Part shown: in pieces, positions 1-8,279 of the stretch
Layout: the number at the start of each line of letters is the position of its first letter
Numbering within the stretch: position 1 is the stretch's first letter
IMG/VR virus record: IMGVR_UViG_3300034196_000067
Location: 1-44,795 of that record
Length of the DNA stretch: 44,795 nucleotides
Strand: one strand, 5' to 3'
From: a virus
Made by a program: the position numbers and the translations under genes
The notes under the pieces: generated by a model
Told to the model about the DNA's origin: nothing
The model's database searches: none
Seen by the model: only the letters and a program-made list of their open reading frames with translations

Positions 1-337
1 CCAGAGGGGTTCCGAAACGAACCGTATACGATCCGGTGATGGAGAACGTACCTGCTGTCAGGTTGACACGACACTTCCCTGTCCAGAAGTTCGGTACAGC
101 CTCGATCGCTGCCTGGAAGGTCCTCTTCGGTAGGGTTTGGGTTCCAGGCCAAGAGTCATTCCCGTTGACGGGATCGGCGTAGACGCCAACGTCTCCTTGG
201 TAGACCTTGAAGTCGGGAGCTAGGAGCGGGACGAGAGAGTTACCGGACTGATCCACCGCGCTGCTTTTGATGACCTGTGCTAGCACCAGGCTAGGAAGCA
301 GCGACCCTAGAAACAGGAGTCTCTTGGATGAGATCAT
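1..337 (-). CDS. Secreted right-handed beta-helix protein, paralog of the next gene (N-terminal part only; gene continues beyond window start)
   Basis: Reverse-strand ATG at 335-337 overlaps the stop of the upstream gene (ATGA) with GGAGG 13 nt upstream. Translation MISSKRLLFLGSLLPSLVLAQV... has an n-region/h-region/AQV Sec signal-peptide pattern. It then aligns with the 334..1779 product (APDF..Y.DP.NG.DS.PGTQ....GKCR..L.AG). This reverse frame is not in the supplied ORF track because it is truncated. Confidence 0.5.
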   Translation of the reverse strand, partial: MISSKRLLFLGSLLPSLVLAQVIKSSAVDQSGNSLVPLLAPDFKVYQGDVGVYADPVNGNDSWPGTQTLPKRTFQAAIEAVPNFWTGKCRVNLTAGTFSITGSYTVRFGTPL

Positions 338-1779
338 TTGGTAGCAAAGCCTCCAACGGCGTCTGTGATCGGGGTGCCGTTCCACACGTTTGCGTGAGTG
401 CCGACGGTTGTGCCTACCAGGATCTCTCCGGTAGCCCCTGTGACGGTGGTCGTGTTGGCAACAGATTTCGAGATACCAGAACCACGAAGGACTGCGATCC
501 CAGCCCCACCATTTCCTGTACCAACGATACCGCCTTGATCAGACAAAACGGACCTGTCTTCGAGATCGATCCCGTGGCCTGCGTTGTTACTGAGATCCAA
601 ATCCATCATTTTCTCGCAAACGGATCCAAGCTGGATTCTTAGCCCAAAGGTCGAAGAGGAGTAGATACGACCCTTGAGGCCGCTTACCCCTACATGTCTA
701 AAGTCAGAAGTCGGACCGATGTCGATATAGCAACCTTTGGCATCGACAGCGTACATAGAAACGAAAGCTCCTGGACCTAGAAGACGAAGACCGAGACCTC
801 CTGGTCCGCGGAAGAGGAAATACCCAGAAATCATGACGCCGGGACCGGCCGTTTCCACTCCCCAGGGCCTGTTTGCCGAGGAGTGGATGTATACACCAGA
901 TCCACTTACAGCGGCATTTACAAACAGATCATCATCAACCAGTAGCGCCTGCACACCAGCGTTGAATTGGGAGTACGAACTAAACATCAGTGTTCCGTTG
1001 GTCGTGAGATCCCATTCCGACAGCAAGGAGTACATCACGGTGCTGGTGGCTACATTCATGTAGCCACCAGACATGACGAACTTCACGCCATACGAGGCCC
1101 AAGAAAGCCCTGTCAGAATGAGACTCGACGAGATCGTAATCGTAGCGGAGGGCTTCTCTAGTACGAAGTGATCCCCTACAGCCGGTCTTTTGGAGGCCCC
1201 TCCATCAGGAGTCAGCCACTCAAACTGACCTCCGACCGTGTTGCCACGCACCAGTCTTGTGTACCCGGCTGCTGTGCCGGTCGTCATACGCAGATAGTAG
1301 CCAACGTACTGATCAACCGTAGGTGTGAGGGTAGAGTCCGTGATCTGGTATACGTAGTTGGTCGTGGTGGCGCCGACGGAGGACACTGTCCTCGTCCCCA
1401 AACCAGAGTCAGTCAGGGCAGGTCCAACAAGGACGCAGGCTCCTGCCTTTGTTCCGACTGAAGTCCCGGCGCGCATCGTAAGCGCGGTCACGGCGTAGGA
1501 ACCAGCGGCCAGCATGATACGACACTTACCTGTGTAGGTTACAGGAAGTAGAGCTGCCGCAGCACTCAAAGTTTGTACAGGAGAACCTTGAGTCCCTGGG
1601 TTGCTGTCCAGGCCGTTCGTCGGATCAACATAGACGTACACATTACGTTGAGTCGGTCGAAAGTCAGGGGCGGAGATGACTACCGAAGACTCTCCGGAAG
1701 GGCTGATCGCCGAGGGAGAGTACACCTGAGCCTGCGTAAAGAGAGGGATCAGGGCAGTCAGGAGCAGAGTCTTACGCAT
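334..1779 (-). CDS. Secreted beta-helix (pectin-lyase-fold/DUF1565-like) protein, possible polysaccharide depolymerase or receptor-binding protein
   Basis: Track ORF 334..1824. I prefer the start at 1779 (MRKTLLLTALIPLFTQAQV, textbook Sec signal peptide) with AGGAGAAGG SD 3-4 nt upstream. The N-terminal motif VYVYVDPTNGLDSNPGTQGSPVQTL matches the conserved start of DUF1565/right-handed beta-helix proteins. The product is Thr/Gly/Val-rich. Confidence 0.6.
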   Translation of the reverse strand: MRKTLLLTALIPLFTQAQVYSPSAISPSGESSVVISAPDFRPTQRNVYVYVDPTNGLDSNPGTQGSPVQTLSAAAALLPVTYTGKCRIMLAAGSYAVTALTMRAGTSVGTKAGACVLVGPALTDSGLGTRTVSSVGATTTNYVYQITDSTLTPTVDQYVGYYLRMTTGTAAGYTRLVRGNTVGGQFEWLTPDGGASKRPAVGDHFVLEKPSATITISSSLILTGLSWASYGVKFVMSGGYMNVATSTVMYSLLSEWDLTTNGTLMFSSYSQFNAGVQALLVDDDLFVNAAVSGSGVYIHSSANRPWGVETAGPGVMISGYFLFRGPGGLGLRLLGPGAFVSMYAVDAKGCYIDIGPTSDFRHVGVSGLKGRIYSSSTFGLRIQLGSVCEKMMDLDLSNNAGHGIDLEDRSVLSDQGGIVGTGNGGAGIAVLRGSGISKSVANTTTVTGATGEILVGTTVGTHANVWNGTPITDAVGGFATK

Positions 1780-1789
1780 GCGCCTTCTC

Positions 1790-2239
1790 CTACTGGGAAG
1801 TAGACTGCCTGGAGTATGTACCAAGGAGCCGAACCGTCACTCCCCCGCTGCTGACGGTGATCCCGTTAGACACTCCCATCACGCGACCTCTTGGAGGAAC
1901 GCTGTAGCTGTCAGAGACGCAGATGGTTTTTCCGGCACAGCGGGATGGGATGGAGAAGGATTGAGAGCCTTGGAACCACTTCAAGCTGGAGTCGTAGAAG
2001 TAGATATCGATCTGTCCTGCACCAGATAGAGTCTGACCGGTGTCAGAAGTCACGATAATGAAGAACGAGAGGAGGTTTGCCGCATCCAGCCCGGCAGTAG
2101 CACTGGTAACGCTCGTGGGAGCAGTGCCTGTGAGCGCGGTGTCTATGCTGGTCCAGTCTCTCTTCCCAAAGTCATCGGGAGAGCCTCCGACGAAGGCAAG
2201 GAGGAAGATCGCAGCGATCGAGATGAAGAGCTTCTTCAT
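1790..2239 (-). CDS. Small secreted protein (Sec signal peptide), function unknown
   Basis: MKKLFISIAAIFLLAFVGGSP signal-peptide-like N-terminus. AAGGAG SD upstream of ATG at 2237-2239. 10-nt gap to the next gene. Confidence 0.5.
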   Translation of the reverse strand: MKKLFISIAAIFLLAFVGGSPDDFGKRDWTSIDTALTGTAPTSVTSATAGLDAANLLSFFIIVTSDTGQTLSGAGQIDIYFYDSSLKWFQGSQSFSIPSRCAGKTICVSDSYSVPPRGRVMGVSNGITVSSGGVTVRLLGTYSRQSTSQ

Positions 2240-2243
2240 GGCT

Positions 2244-2372
2244 CTACTCCTTGTAGAGAAGAGTGAACTTGCTGCTGCTGGTGTCGAAGACGAGAGAGAC
2301 GAAGACGACGGAGTGCGCGTTGAGAAACGTGACAGCTTCCGTCATGGTCCGGAAGTACTGGGTCTTATACAT
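2244..2372 (-). CDS. Possible small hydrophobic peptide (42 aa)
   Basis: ATG at 2370-2372 is preceded by a near-perfect SD GAAGGAGGAAGC. Product MYKTQYFRTMTEAVTFLNAHSVVFVSLVFDTSSSKFTLLYKE has one hydrophobic stretch. It overlaps the 3' end of 2365..2847 by 8 nt. Speculative. Confidence 0.25.
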   Translation of the reverse strand: MYKTQYFRTMTEAVTFLNAHSVVFVSLVFDTSSSKFTLLYKE

Positions 2373-2847
2373 GCTTCCTCCTTCGGAAGACGTTCTTGAC
2401 GGCCCTGGCTGGTCCGGTGAAGACACCCTTCCCAAACTCTTCCCCTGCCGCGCGGGCAGCAGGCCTGGTCGCCTTCTCCATCTCTCGTGAGATGGTCTTC
2501 TTGAGCATTCTCGTGCTGCTGGGGACGACGGATCCCACTGTGGCGGCCTGGAGTAGGGAGGGTAGGTATTCCTTCTCGATCCGCTTGTTCCGGAGCTTCT
2601 TCGACTCTTCAGGCGTGAGCCGGGCACGCTCGTCAGAAAGGCGCTCGTGCTTCTCTTTCTTCACAGAGCTGCTGAGGCTTGCGCCAGCACCTGCGGCTCC
2701 AAAGAGGGCCGACTTGGGAGCCTTCTCCAGAGCCTTCTTGCCTGCCTTCATGGCGCGGACCTTGAGACGAGAGACTGGGGTGAAGGTCTTAGCGATCTTC
2801 TCCAGTTCATCGAACAGACCGTCGACCAGTTGAGTCTGCATCACCAT
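2365..2847 (-). CDS. Basic Gly/Ala/Lys-rich protein with N-terminal GLFDELEKIA motif (member of the 'FDEL-KI' family; candidate packaged/internal protein)
   Basis: MVMQTQLVDGLFDELEKIAKTF... shares the N-terminal motif with 18308..19207, 34029..34760, 35680..36207 and 36216..36560. Start overlaps the stop of the upstream gene. The antisense track ORF 2396..2833 is rejected. Confidence 0.55.
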   Translation of the reverse strand: MVMQTQLVDGLFDELEKIAKTFTPVSRLKVRAMKAGKKALEKAPKSALFGAAGAGASLSSSVKKEKHERLSDERARLTPEESKKLRNKRIEKEYLPSLLQAATVGSVVPSSTRMLKKTISREMEKATRPAARAAGEEFGKGVFTGPARAVKNVFRRRKHV

Positions 2848-3404
2848 TCACCGTAGAAGTTGTTCACGAAGCGGTACTCAGAATGGATGCCGCCTCCCCA
2901 AGCACTCTCGATGTTGTAGGCCACCTTGAGGCGCTGCTTCTTCTCCTCGTAGGTGTTTCGAAAGAGCTGGATCCAGCTCTGGATGAAGGGAGTCTTGTCG
3001 TTGATGCCGACCTGAATCCCTCCATCCGAGAACTGAAGATGGTTGCGTGTCTGAAGCAGACCTACTGATTCGAGCAGGCAGATGACTGTGGCCCGCACTA
3101 GAAGATGGCGCGATGGGAAGTTCCCGATGGTGTGTCTCGTGAAAGGAGGAGTGGTGTTCCAGTCATCGAGAGCATCGAGGATGGCCCAGACGATCTGTCG
3201 GTTCGAGCTCTCTTCACCCGCGATGAGCCGGTTCAGCTCTGCGTAGTCGCGGGTGAAGAGACGAACCTGGTTCACGAAGTTGTTGAGCTCCAACTCCGCA
3301 TCTGGAACCTGTGCTTTCTCGATGGGCGTGAGAGAAGGAGTGGGAAGCCTGTCACCGGCACCCATGTACCCCGCACCGCTTGGGAGCTTCTCATAGTCGT
3401 CCAT
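2841..3404 (-). CDS. Hypothetical protein (187 aa)
   Basis: Long minus-strand ORF in an operon-like run, translationally coupled to the downstream gene. No recognisable motifs. Confidence 0.45.
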   Translation of the reverse strand: MDDYEKLPSGAGYMGAGDRLPTPSLTPIEKAQVPDAELELNNFVNQVRLFTRDYAELNRLIAGEESSNRQIVWAILDALDDWNTTPPFTRHTIGNFPSRHLLVRATVICLLESVGLLQTRNHLQFSDGGIQVGINDKTPFIQSWIQLFRNTYEEKKQRLKVAYNIESAWGGGIHSEYRFVNNFYGEW

Positions 3405-3413
3405 CAGCGACTC

Positions 3414-3707
3414 CTACTTGCGCTTGGGCTGCTGATTCTTCTTCTCGACAGGACCCTCGTCGCTTGTGGAGAACGTGACGAAGTCCACCGGCTGAGCTTG
3501 GTAGGTACGTGGAGGCGCAAGAACTCGGTGTTCGAGGTTCCACCAATCTGGGAGCCTCCCAAAAGCCAGGACCTTCTTGTCTGCGAGCCGCTGGTCTGCT
3601 TTTGGGATGAACTTGTCGAGCTCCGGGACTTCGATCACTCCCCCGTTCGAAGGGATGAGCTTCTTGTGGAAGTCGAGGACGCTGTCCGTGAGGTTGAAGA
3701 CCTTCAT
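3414..3707 (-). CDS. Hypothetical protein (97 aa)
   Basis: Minus-strand ORF. Its start overlaps the stop of 3704..4126 (ATGA). Confidence 0.4.
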   Translation of the reverse strand: MKVFNLTDSVLDFHKKLIPSNGGVIEVPELDKFIPKADQRLADKKVLAFGRLPDWWNLEHRVLAPPRTYQAQPVDFVTFSTSDEGPVEKKNQQPKRK

Positions 3708-4126
3708 GAATCCTCCCGCGATTCGAAGTCTGACGGCGGTTCTTCCGCCGCCGAGGAGGGAGGCAGAGCCTCCGACTCCTCTTGCGAGCCAGGAGAGCTT
3801 GCAGGGCTCTTCGGCGGCTCGTCCCCGGGCTTCAAAACGGATGCCTCCTTGCTGGTGACGAAGCGTCGCGCCATCATGTGGCTGAGCTTCGTTATCTCTC
3901 CCTCTTCGCCGATGACGTAGAGCTCGATGGACTCCGAGCGGAGGAGTTTGAGAAGCGTCGACCGATGACGAGCGAACTCGTCCTCGGTGAGTTTGCGTGC
4001 TCCCAGCCCTCGACGAAGGACCTTCCCTAGGACCAGGGGCTCTTCCGCGAACTGCCCTGACTGCCTTTGAGCAGCAGTCAGGGGACGCTTGTCGTGGAAC
4101 CCTCTCCGGATCTCGAAGTGCATCAT
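3704..4126 (-). CDS. Hypothetical protein (140 aa), acidic Ser/Pro/Glu-rich C-terminal tail
   Basis: Minus-strand ORF directly downstream of the small membrane protein gene. Low-complexity tail EESEALPPSSAAEEPPSDFESREDS. Confidence 0.4.
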   Translation of the reverse strand: MMHFEIRRGFHDKRPLTAAQRQSGQFAEEPLVLGKVLRRGLGARKLTEDEFARHRSTLLKLLRSESIELYVIGEEGEITKLSHMMARRFVTSKEASVLKPGDEPPKSPASSPGSQEESEALPPSSAAEEPPSDFESREDS

Positions 4127-4133
4127 CGTCCTC

Positions 4134-4367
4134 TCACACCTTCTGCTGGACTTCCGTCGCGGTCTTCTGGACGCCCTTGAGGACCTTGTCGATCTCCCAG
4201 GCGGCGACGAAGAAGTAGACCGCCACTCCCACGGCCAACGCGAGGGCGGCCTTCACGATGGTGGAGGAGAGGATGAGCGTGAGCAACATCGGGACGAAGG
4301 TGAGGACGAGGTAGACCACAACCGCAGACACGGCTGCGGCGATGAGCTTCTTGAGATTCGGGGACAT
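4134..4367 (-). CDS. Small membrane protein with two predicted TM helices (77 aa); holin-like topology but function unproven
   Basis: MSPNLKKLIAAAVSAVVVYLVLTFVPMLLTLILSSTIVKAALALAVGVAVYFFVAAWEIDK. GGAGGT SD upstream of ATG at 4367. Confidence 0.5.
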   Translation of the reverse strand: MSPNLKKLIAAAVSAVVVYLVLTFVPMLLTLILSSTIVKAALALAVGVAVYFFVAAWEIDKVLKGVQKTATEVQQKV

Positions 4368-4435
4368 GAAGCAACCTCCAGATGGTTAGGGTACAGACTG
4401 CGCGATTGTGAGAGTAGCGCGTTCCGGCCTTGGTG

Positions 4436-4486
4436 GGAAAAGACAACCTGAAAGAAGAACGGCCTGGTCAAAGAAGACCAGGCCGT
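4436..4486 (-). terminator. Rho-independent terminator downstream of the capsid gene
   Basis: 11-bp stem ACGGCCTGGTC/GACCAGGCCGT (4459..4486) with a 6-nt loop. On the minus strand it is followed by TCTTCTTTCAGGTTGTCTTTTCCC. Confidence 0.6.
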
Positions 4487-4509
4487 CCGCAGGTCCCCGC
4501 TGGGCCAGC

Positions 4510-5691
4510 TTAGAACTGGCTGACGTTCGGGTACTTCAGGCCCTGGTCGACCTTGTTGTTCACCGGGGCGAAGAGCGGGTCGCTCTCGTCCACCGGGATC
4601 TCGGCGCCGTAGCCAGTGTCGGTCAGGCCCGGGGTCACCGAAGCGGAGTAGAGCTCCAGCTTCACGATGGCGGCCACGTTGCCGATTCCGATGCCGATGT
4701 CCTCCCAGCTCTGCCAGGTGATCAGGTTCGCGATCTTGTCGATGTAGAACTTGACCTGGTTGAGGACGTAGCTGCGGCCCAGGAACCCCGGCGCGGTGAA
4801 GCAGTAGATGTTGCCCTCGCGCAGGATCTCCGTCTTGATCGTCCGGATGTACTTCAGGCCGGTGATGTTGTCGCTCTTCCAGCCCTCGGTCGAGGTCTCT
4901 CCGGCGATCGTCATGCCGACGTCCTGGATGGTCCAGGAGCTCACCTCGTCGAAGTCGGGCTCGGTCATGAGCATCCGCTCCGCACGGAGGTGCCGGCGGT
5001 GGAGCAGCTTCTTCAGCTTGATGAAGTCGGTCTTGAGGACCGGGTAGATCGAGAAGTCGTCCGCGCCGTTGTTCAGCGAGGCCTGGAGAGCGCCTTCACC
5101 CTTCACGATCGAAGAGCTGATCACCGCGCTGGCGTTGACGTTGGTGGCGCTGAACTTGATCGCGGCACCAAGGGTCTGCGCCTGCGCCTGGAAGGCCTGG
5201 ACAGCGGCCTCGGTGAAGAGCAGGAAGGTCCTATCCTCGACGGCCTGGATGTCCTTCACCGTGTTCTCTTCGATGATCTTGGTGATGGGCATCTCGTAGG
5301 CCAGAAGCTCCTGCTCGTACTTCTCGAACTTCTCGCTGGAGATCGTGAAGAAGGGGATCTCGTAGCGGGGCGCCCGAATGAGCCGAGCCGTGGGCTGACC
5401 ACGGAAGGTCATCGCCATGGCGCGCGAGTTGGGCTCGATGTCCACGATCTTCACGAGCGTGTCGTGGTTGACCGAGCGCTGGCACTCAGACCGCTGCACC
5501 GGCTGAGGTGGGATCACCTTCTTGTGGAACGACACTTCACGCAGACGGTCTCGGATGTAGTTCCCGCCGAACTCGGCGATCTTGTCCTTGGCCTCTTGCG
5601 TGGCGACCTTCTCGAAGAAGAGGTCGTTGAGGGCTTTCTGGGGAATCATTCTGGTCTCCTGTTTTGTCGAAAGAGTTGAAGGTCTCTTCAC
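4510..5691 (-). CDS. Major capsid protein (HK97-fold-like), 393 aa
   Basis: Size, composition and context fit a major capsid protein. It is the last gene of a run of low-complexity scaffold-like genes and is followed by a strong terminator. No single diagnostic motif, so the call rests on overall resemblance and context. Confidence 0.6.
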   Translation of the reverse strand: MKRPSTLSTKQETRMIPQKALNDLFFEKVATQEAKDKIAEFGGNYIRDRLREVSFHKKVIPPQPVQRSECQRSVNHDTLVKIVDIEPNSRAMAMTFRGQPTARLIRAPRYEIPFFTISSEKFEKYEQELLAYEMPITKIIEENTVKDIQAVEDRTFLLFTEAAVQAFQAQAQTLGAAIKFSATNVNASAVISSSIVKGEGALQASLNNGADDFSIYPVLKTDFIKLKKLLHRRHLRAERMLMTEPDFDEVSSWTIQDVGMTIAGETSTEGWKSDNITGLKYIRTIKTEILREGNIYCFTAPGFLGRSYVLNQVKFYIDKIANLITWQSWEDIGIGIGNVAAIVKLELYSASVTPGLTDTGYGAEIPVDESDPLFAPVNNKVDQGLKYPNVSQF

Positions 5692-5694
5692 CCG

Positions 5695-6183
5695 TTACGG
5701 CAGGATGAAGTTCGACAGGTGGAGGAACCGGAGCATCCCGACTCCCGTCGCTGTCGTACCCGGAAGCTTCGTGACGAAGCCCACCACCGCCTTGCCCGAG
5801 ACGGCCTTGATGAGGCCGCGCCGAGTGATGCCGCCAGCGTCGGTGATGTTGGTGACCTCCAGGGAGTCGCCGATGCCGAGACCGGTGAGATCACCGTGGA
5901 CGAGAGTCTCCGCCTCGTAGGGGCCGGCGAAGAGGACGGTGGCCTTCTGGATGGCCTGGGTGTCGTACCGGCCGCGCTCGGTGTGGATCGGGAACATGGC
6001 CAGCGTGGTTGCCGGGCTGGTCGAGCCACGAACCAGAGCGTAGTCGGAGTTGAGCTCCAGCCATTCTCCTTCGACGAGAGGCTGCGAGTCGAGAGGGTTG
6101 AGGATGCCCGGAACCGCGAGGGGGAAGTCCCTGCGGAGGGTGACCTGGAGCTCAGTGATCAGGGTGAAGTTCGGTGCTGGCAT
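5695..6183 (-). CDS. Hypothetical capsid-associated protein (162 aa), possible decoration/auxiliary head protein
   Basis: Immediately upstream of the capsid gene with a 3-nt gap. No motifs recognised. Confidence 0.45.
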   Translation of the reverse strand: MPAPNFTLITELQVTLRRDFPLAVPGILNPLDSQPLVEGEWLELNSDYALVRGSTSPATTLAMFPIHTERGRYDTQAIQKATVLFAGPYEAETLVHGDLTGLGIGDSLEVTNITDAGGITRRGLIKAVSGKAVVGFVTKLPGTTATGVGMLRFLHLSNFILP

Positions 6184-6227
6184 TGCGTCTCTCTCCTTGA
6201 AGGGTTGTGTGAAGTGCTACTTGCTGC

Positions 6228-6626
6228 TCATCCCAGTGAGGCGAGGTTGGCGGCGAACTGCTGTGTGGCGCGATCTGCTGCTGCATCGCCGCTGCTCTCG
6301 ACCTCGACATCGTTCTCGTGCAGCGAAGCAAGCTTCGTCTGCGGGGCGGTGAGGCTCAGGGCCTCCTCGACCACATCCAGGTTCGGGCGCTCCAGGATGT
6401 CGGAGACCTTCTGGATGTAGGACATCTCGGAGTTGATTCCCTTCTCCTCCATGACCTGTGCGAGCTTTTCCGCTCGCGTCTTCTTCTCGAAAGACGCGAC
6501 CTTCTCCTTGAGGGAGTCGACCTCGCTCCGGAGAGACACGTTCTCTTTCGAGAGATCGCGGAGTGCCGCACTCGCCACCTTGGTGAGGTTGGCGACTTCG
6601 ATGTTGCTGATCTGCTCGGCGGGCAT
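6228..6626 (-). CDS. Coiled-coil protein, scaffold-like (track ORF 6228..6728; start revised)
   Basis: Internal ATG at 6626 has an AGGAGAGA SD and lies just below the stop of 6638..7741. Product MPAEQISNIEVANLTKVASAALRDLSKENVSLRSEVDSLKEKVASFEKK... has heptad-like periodicity. Confidence 0.45.
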   Translation of the reverse strand: MPAEQISNIEVANLTKVASAALRDLSKENVSLRSEVDSLKEKVASFEKKTRAEKLAQVMEEKGINSEMSYIQKVSDILERPNLDVVEEALSLTAPQTKLASLHENDVEVESSGDAAADRATQQFAANLASLG

Positions 6627-6637
6627 CGTCTCTCTCC

Positions 6638-7741
6638 TTACACCGTGGTCTTGTCTGCGACGGTGGACTGCTTCTTCTTCATTGCTGCTGTCATCTTGCA
6701 GTGCCGGCACGTACCGGCATCGCTGCACGTGCAGCCCTCCTCGGCAATCTTCGCGAGGAACGCCTTTGCCACTGCTGCTGCGATCTTCACGCCTCCCTTC
6801 GAGGCGCTACGCAGGTTCTCCTGCACCTTCGAATCGTGAGCCGCGGACATGGCCGGCTCGGTGAGGACTTCGGCCAGCTCCTTCTTCCGAGGCGCCTTGG
6901 CTTCCCGCTTGGTGGCGGCCTTGGGCGCGGCGTTGGAGCTGATGAGCTGTCGTCCCGGGTTCGACGGCACTGGAGCGGTGCTGGAAAGAGTCTCTCCACC
7001 CTGCTTGTGCTCGCCACCCAGATGCGCAGCCTCAGAGATCTTCGCGAGGATGTACTCGGCAGCTTCGGACGAGGACTTCTTCTCCTTGTTGTCCTTCTCT
7101 TCCTTCTTCTCGTCCTTCTTGCCCTTCTCATCCTTCCCGAAGCCGCCGGCCATCTTCTCGACCTCCTCCTTCAGGAGGTCGACGCCTGCCTTCTTCCGGA
7201 GGATGTCCGCCGGCTGCTTCTGATGCAGGTAGGCCGGGCTCTTCTCGTCGGTGGCGACAGCGTTGGCGGGCGCACCCTTTGCGTCCGAGGGTTTCTCGGA
7301 GCCGGTCTGCATGGGGATGTTGTGGGACTTGGACTTGTCCTTCTTGTAGGGCTGAGTGCCTCCGACCGGCCGTCCTGTCTGGAGCACTTCCCCGCCCTGA
7401 TGAACCTCTTTGCCCAGCTCGACCGAGTCCGCGAGCTTCTCGGAGGCGTAGTCGAGTGCGGCAGCGAGCTTCTCGACCTCTTCCGGATCGGCAGGATCGA
7501 TGACCGAAGAGCACTTCTCCTTCTCTTCCTCTTCTTCCTTGGCCGAGGGGATGTGGCCGCCGTGCTCCTTCTTCTCGTAGGCCACGAGCTTCTTCACCTT
7601 CTCCTTGTCATCGCCCTTCTTCTCTTCCTTCTCCGCAGCCGCGAGCTTCATCTTCTCACGAGCCGCCTCGATGGTCTGAGCGACCACGTCCTGGAGAGGC
7701 AGGGCCACACCGGCGAGCTTGTTCTTCATCTCCGTCTCCAT
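6638..7741 (-). CDS. Lys/Glu-rich low-complexity protein (367 aa), scaffold/internal-protein-like
   Basis: EEEEEKEKC, KKDEKKEEKDNKEKK runs. Sits in the head-assembly neighbourhood. Confidence 0.45.
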   Translation of the reverse strand: METEMKNKLAGVALPLQDVVAQTIEAAREKMKLAAAEKEEKKGDDKEKVKKLVAYEKKEHGGHIPSAKEEEEEKEKCSSVIDPADPEEVEKLAAALDYASEKLADSVELGKEVHQGGEVLQTGRPVGGTQPYKKDKSKSHNIPMQTGSEKPSDAKGAPANAVATDEKSPAYLHQKQPADILRKKAGVDLLKEEVEKMAGGFGKDEKGKKDEKKEEKDNKEKKSSSEAAEYILAKISEAAHLGGEHKQGGETLSSTAPVPSNPGRQLISSNAAPKAATKREAKAPRKKELAEVLTEPAMSAAHDSKVQENLRSASKGGVKIAAAVAKAFLAKIAEEGCTCSDAGTCRHCKMTAAMKKKQSTVADKTTV

Positions 7742-8200
7742 CTAGATGGCCCCCGCGGCTGTCGCGAGGGGAGGGGGTAGCGAGTTCTGTGGCGACATCT
7801 TCACCGCCGGCATGTCCATACGGGGCTTCGAGTACGACGCTTGCTTCATCGAGGGGCTCAGCCTTGGGAGCGCCTTTGTAACGGTGGAGATCGTAGCGGG
7901 TTGCATGGGACCGGCTCCGGCTGCGATCTTCAAGAGCTCGTCTTCGAACCCTTTCCACATGACCAAGTCGATTGCGCTCGACTTGGTCATGTGGCCGGGG
8001 TCCGCCTTCTGCTCATAGGTGGACTTCGGCTCGTCGTACTTCTTCTTCGCAGCTTTCCGTCCTTCCACAGTGCCGTAGCCGGACGGAGTGTGTCCTGTAG
8101 CGTGAGACTGTTGAGTCGCAATGGCGAACGCAGTGCTCTTATTCATGGCCGGGTTCTTGGCCATGATGTGCTCAGCGCGGTTGTGAATCCACTGCGGCAT
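7742..8200 (-). CDS. Hypothetical protein (152 aa)
   Basis: Minus-strand ORF abutting 6638..7741 (stop/start adjacent). Confidence 0.4.
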   Translation of the reverse strand: MPQWIHNRAEHIMAKNPAMNKSTAFAIATQQSHATGHTPSGYGTVEGRKAAKKKYDEPKSTYEQKADPGHMTKSSAIDLVMWKGFEDELLKIAAGAGPMQPATISTVTKALPRLSPSMKQASYSKPRMDMPAVKMSPQNSLPPPLATAAGAI

Positions 8201-8279
8201 CGTGTTCCTTGAAGTGAGCGCTCAGAGAGGGGGGCAGAAAGGAATGGGAGGTCCTCCCTGAGCGCCCGGGGAAGGAGAG

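Noticed and set aside
2396-2833. 145-aa plus-strand ORF overlapping 2365..2847
   Set aside because: The minus-strand frame carries the shared GLFDELEKIA family motif and is coupled to neighbours. The plus frame is Ala/Arg/Ser-rich shadow.
4408-5679. 423-aa plus-strand ORF antisense to the capsid gene
   Set aside because: Arg/Leu/Val/Gly/Asp-rich composition typical of shadow ORFs on the opposite strand of high-GC genes. The minus-strand frame carries the protein-like sequence, and the region is followed by a terminator.
6701-7780. 359-aa plus-strand ORF antisense to the Lys/Glu-rich protein gene
   Set aside because: Leu/Arg/Gly-rich low-information shadow frame of a low-complexity gene. No SD/start context.
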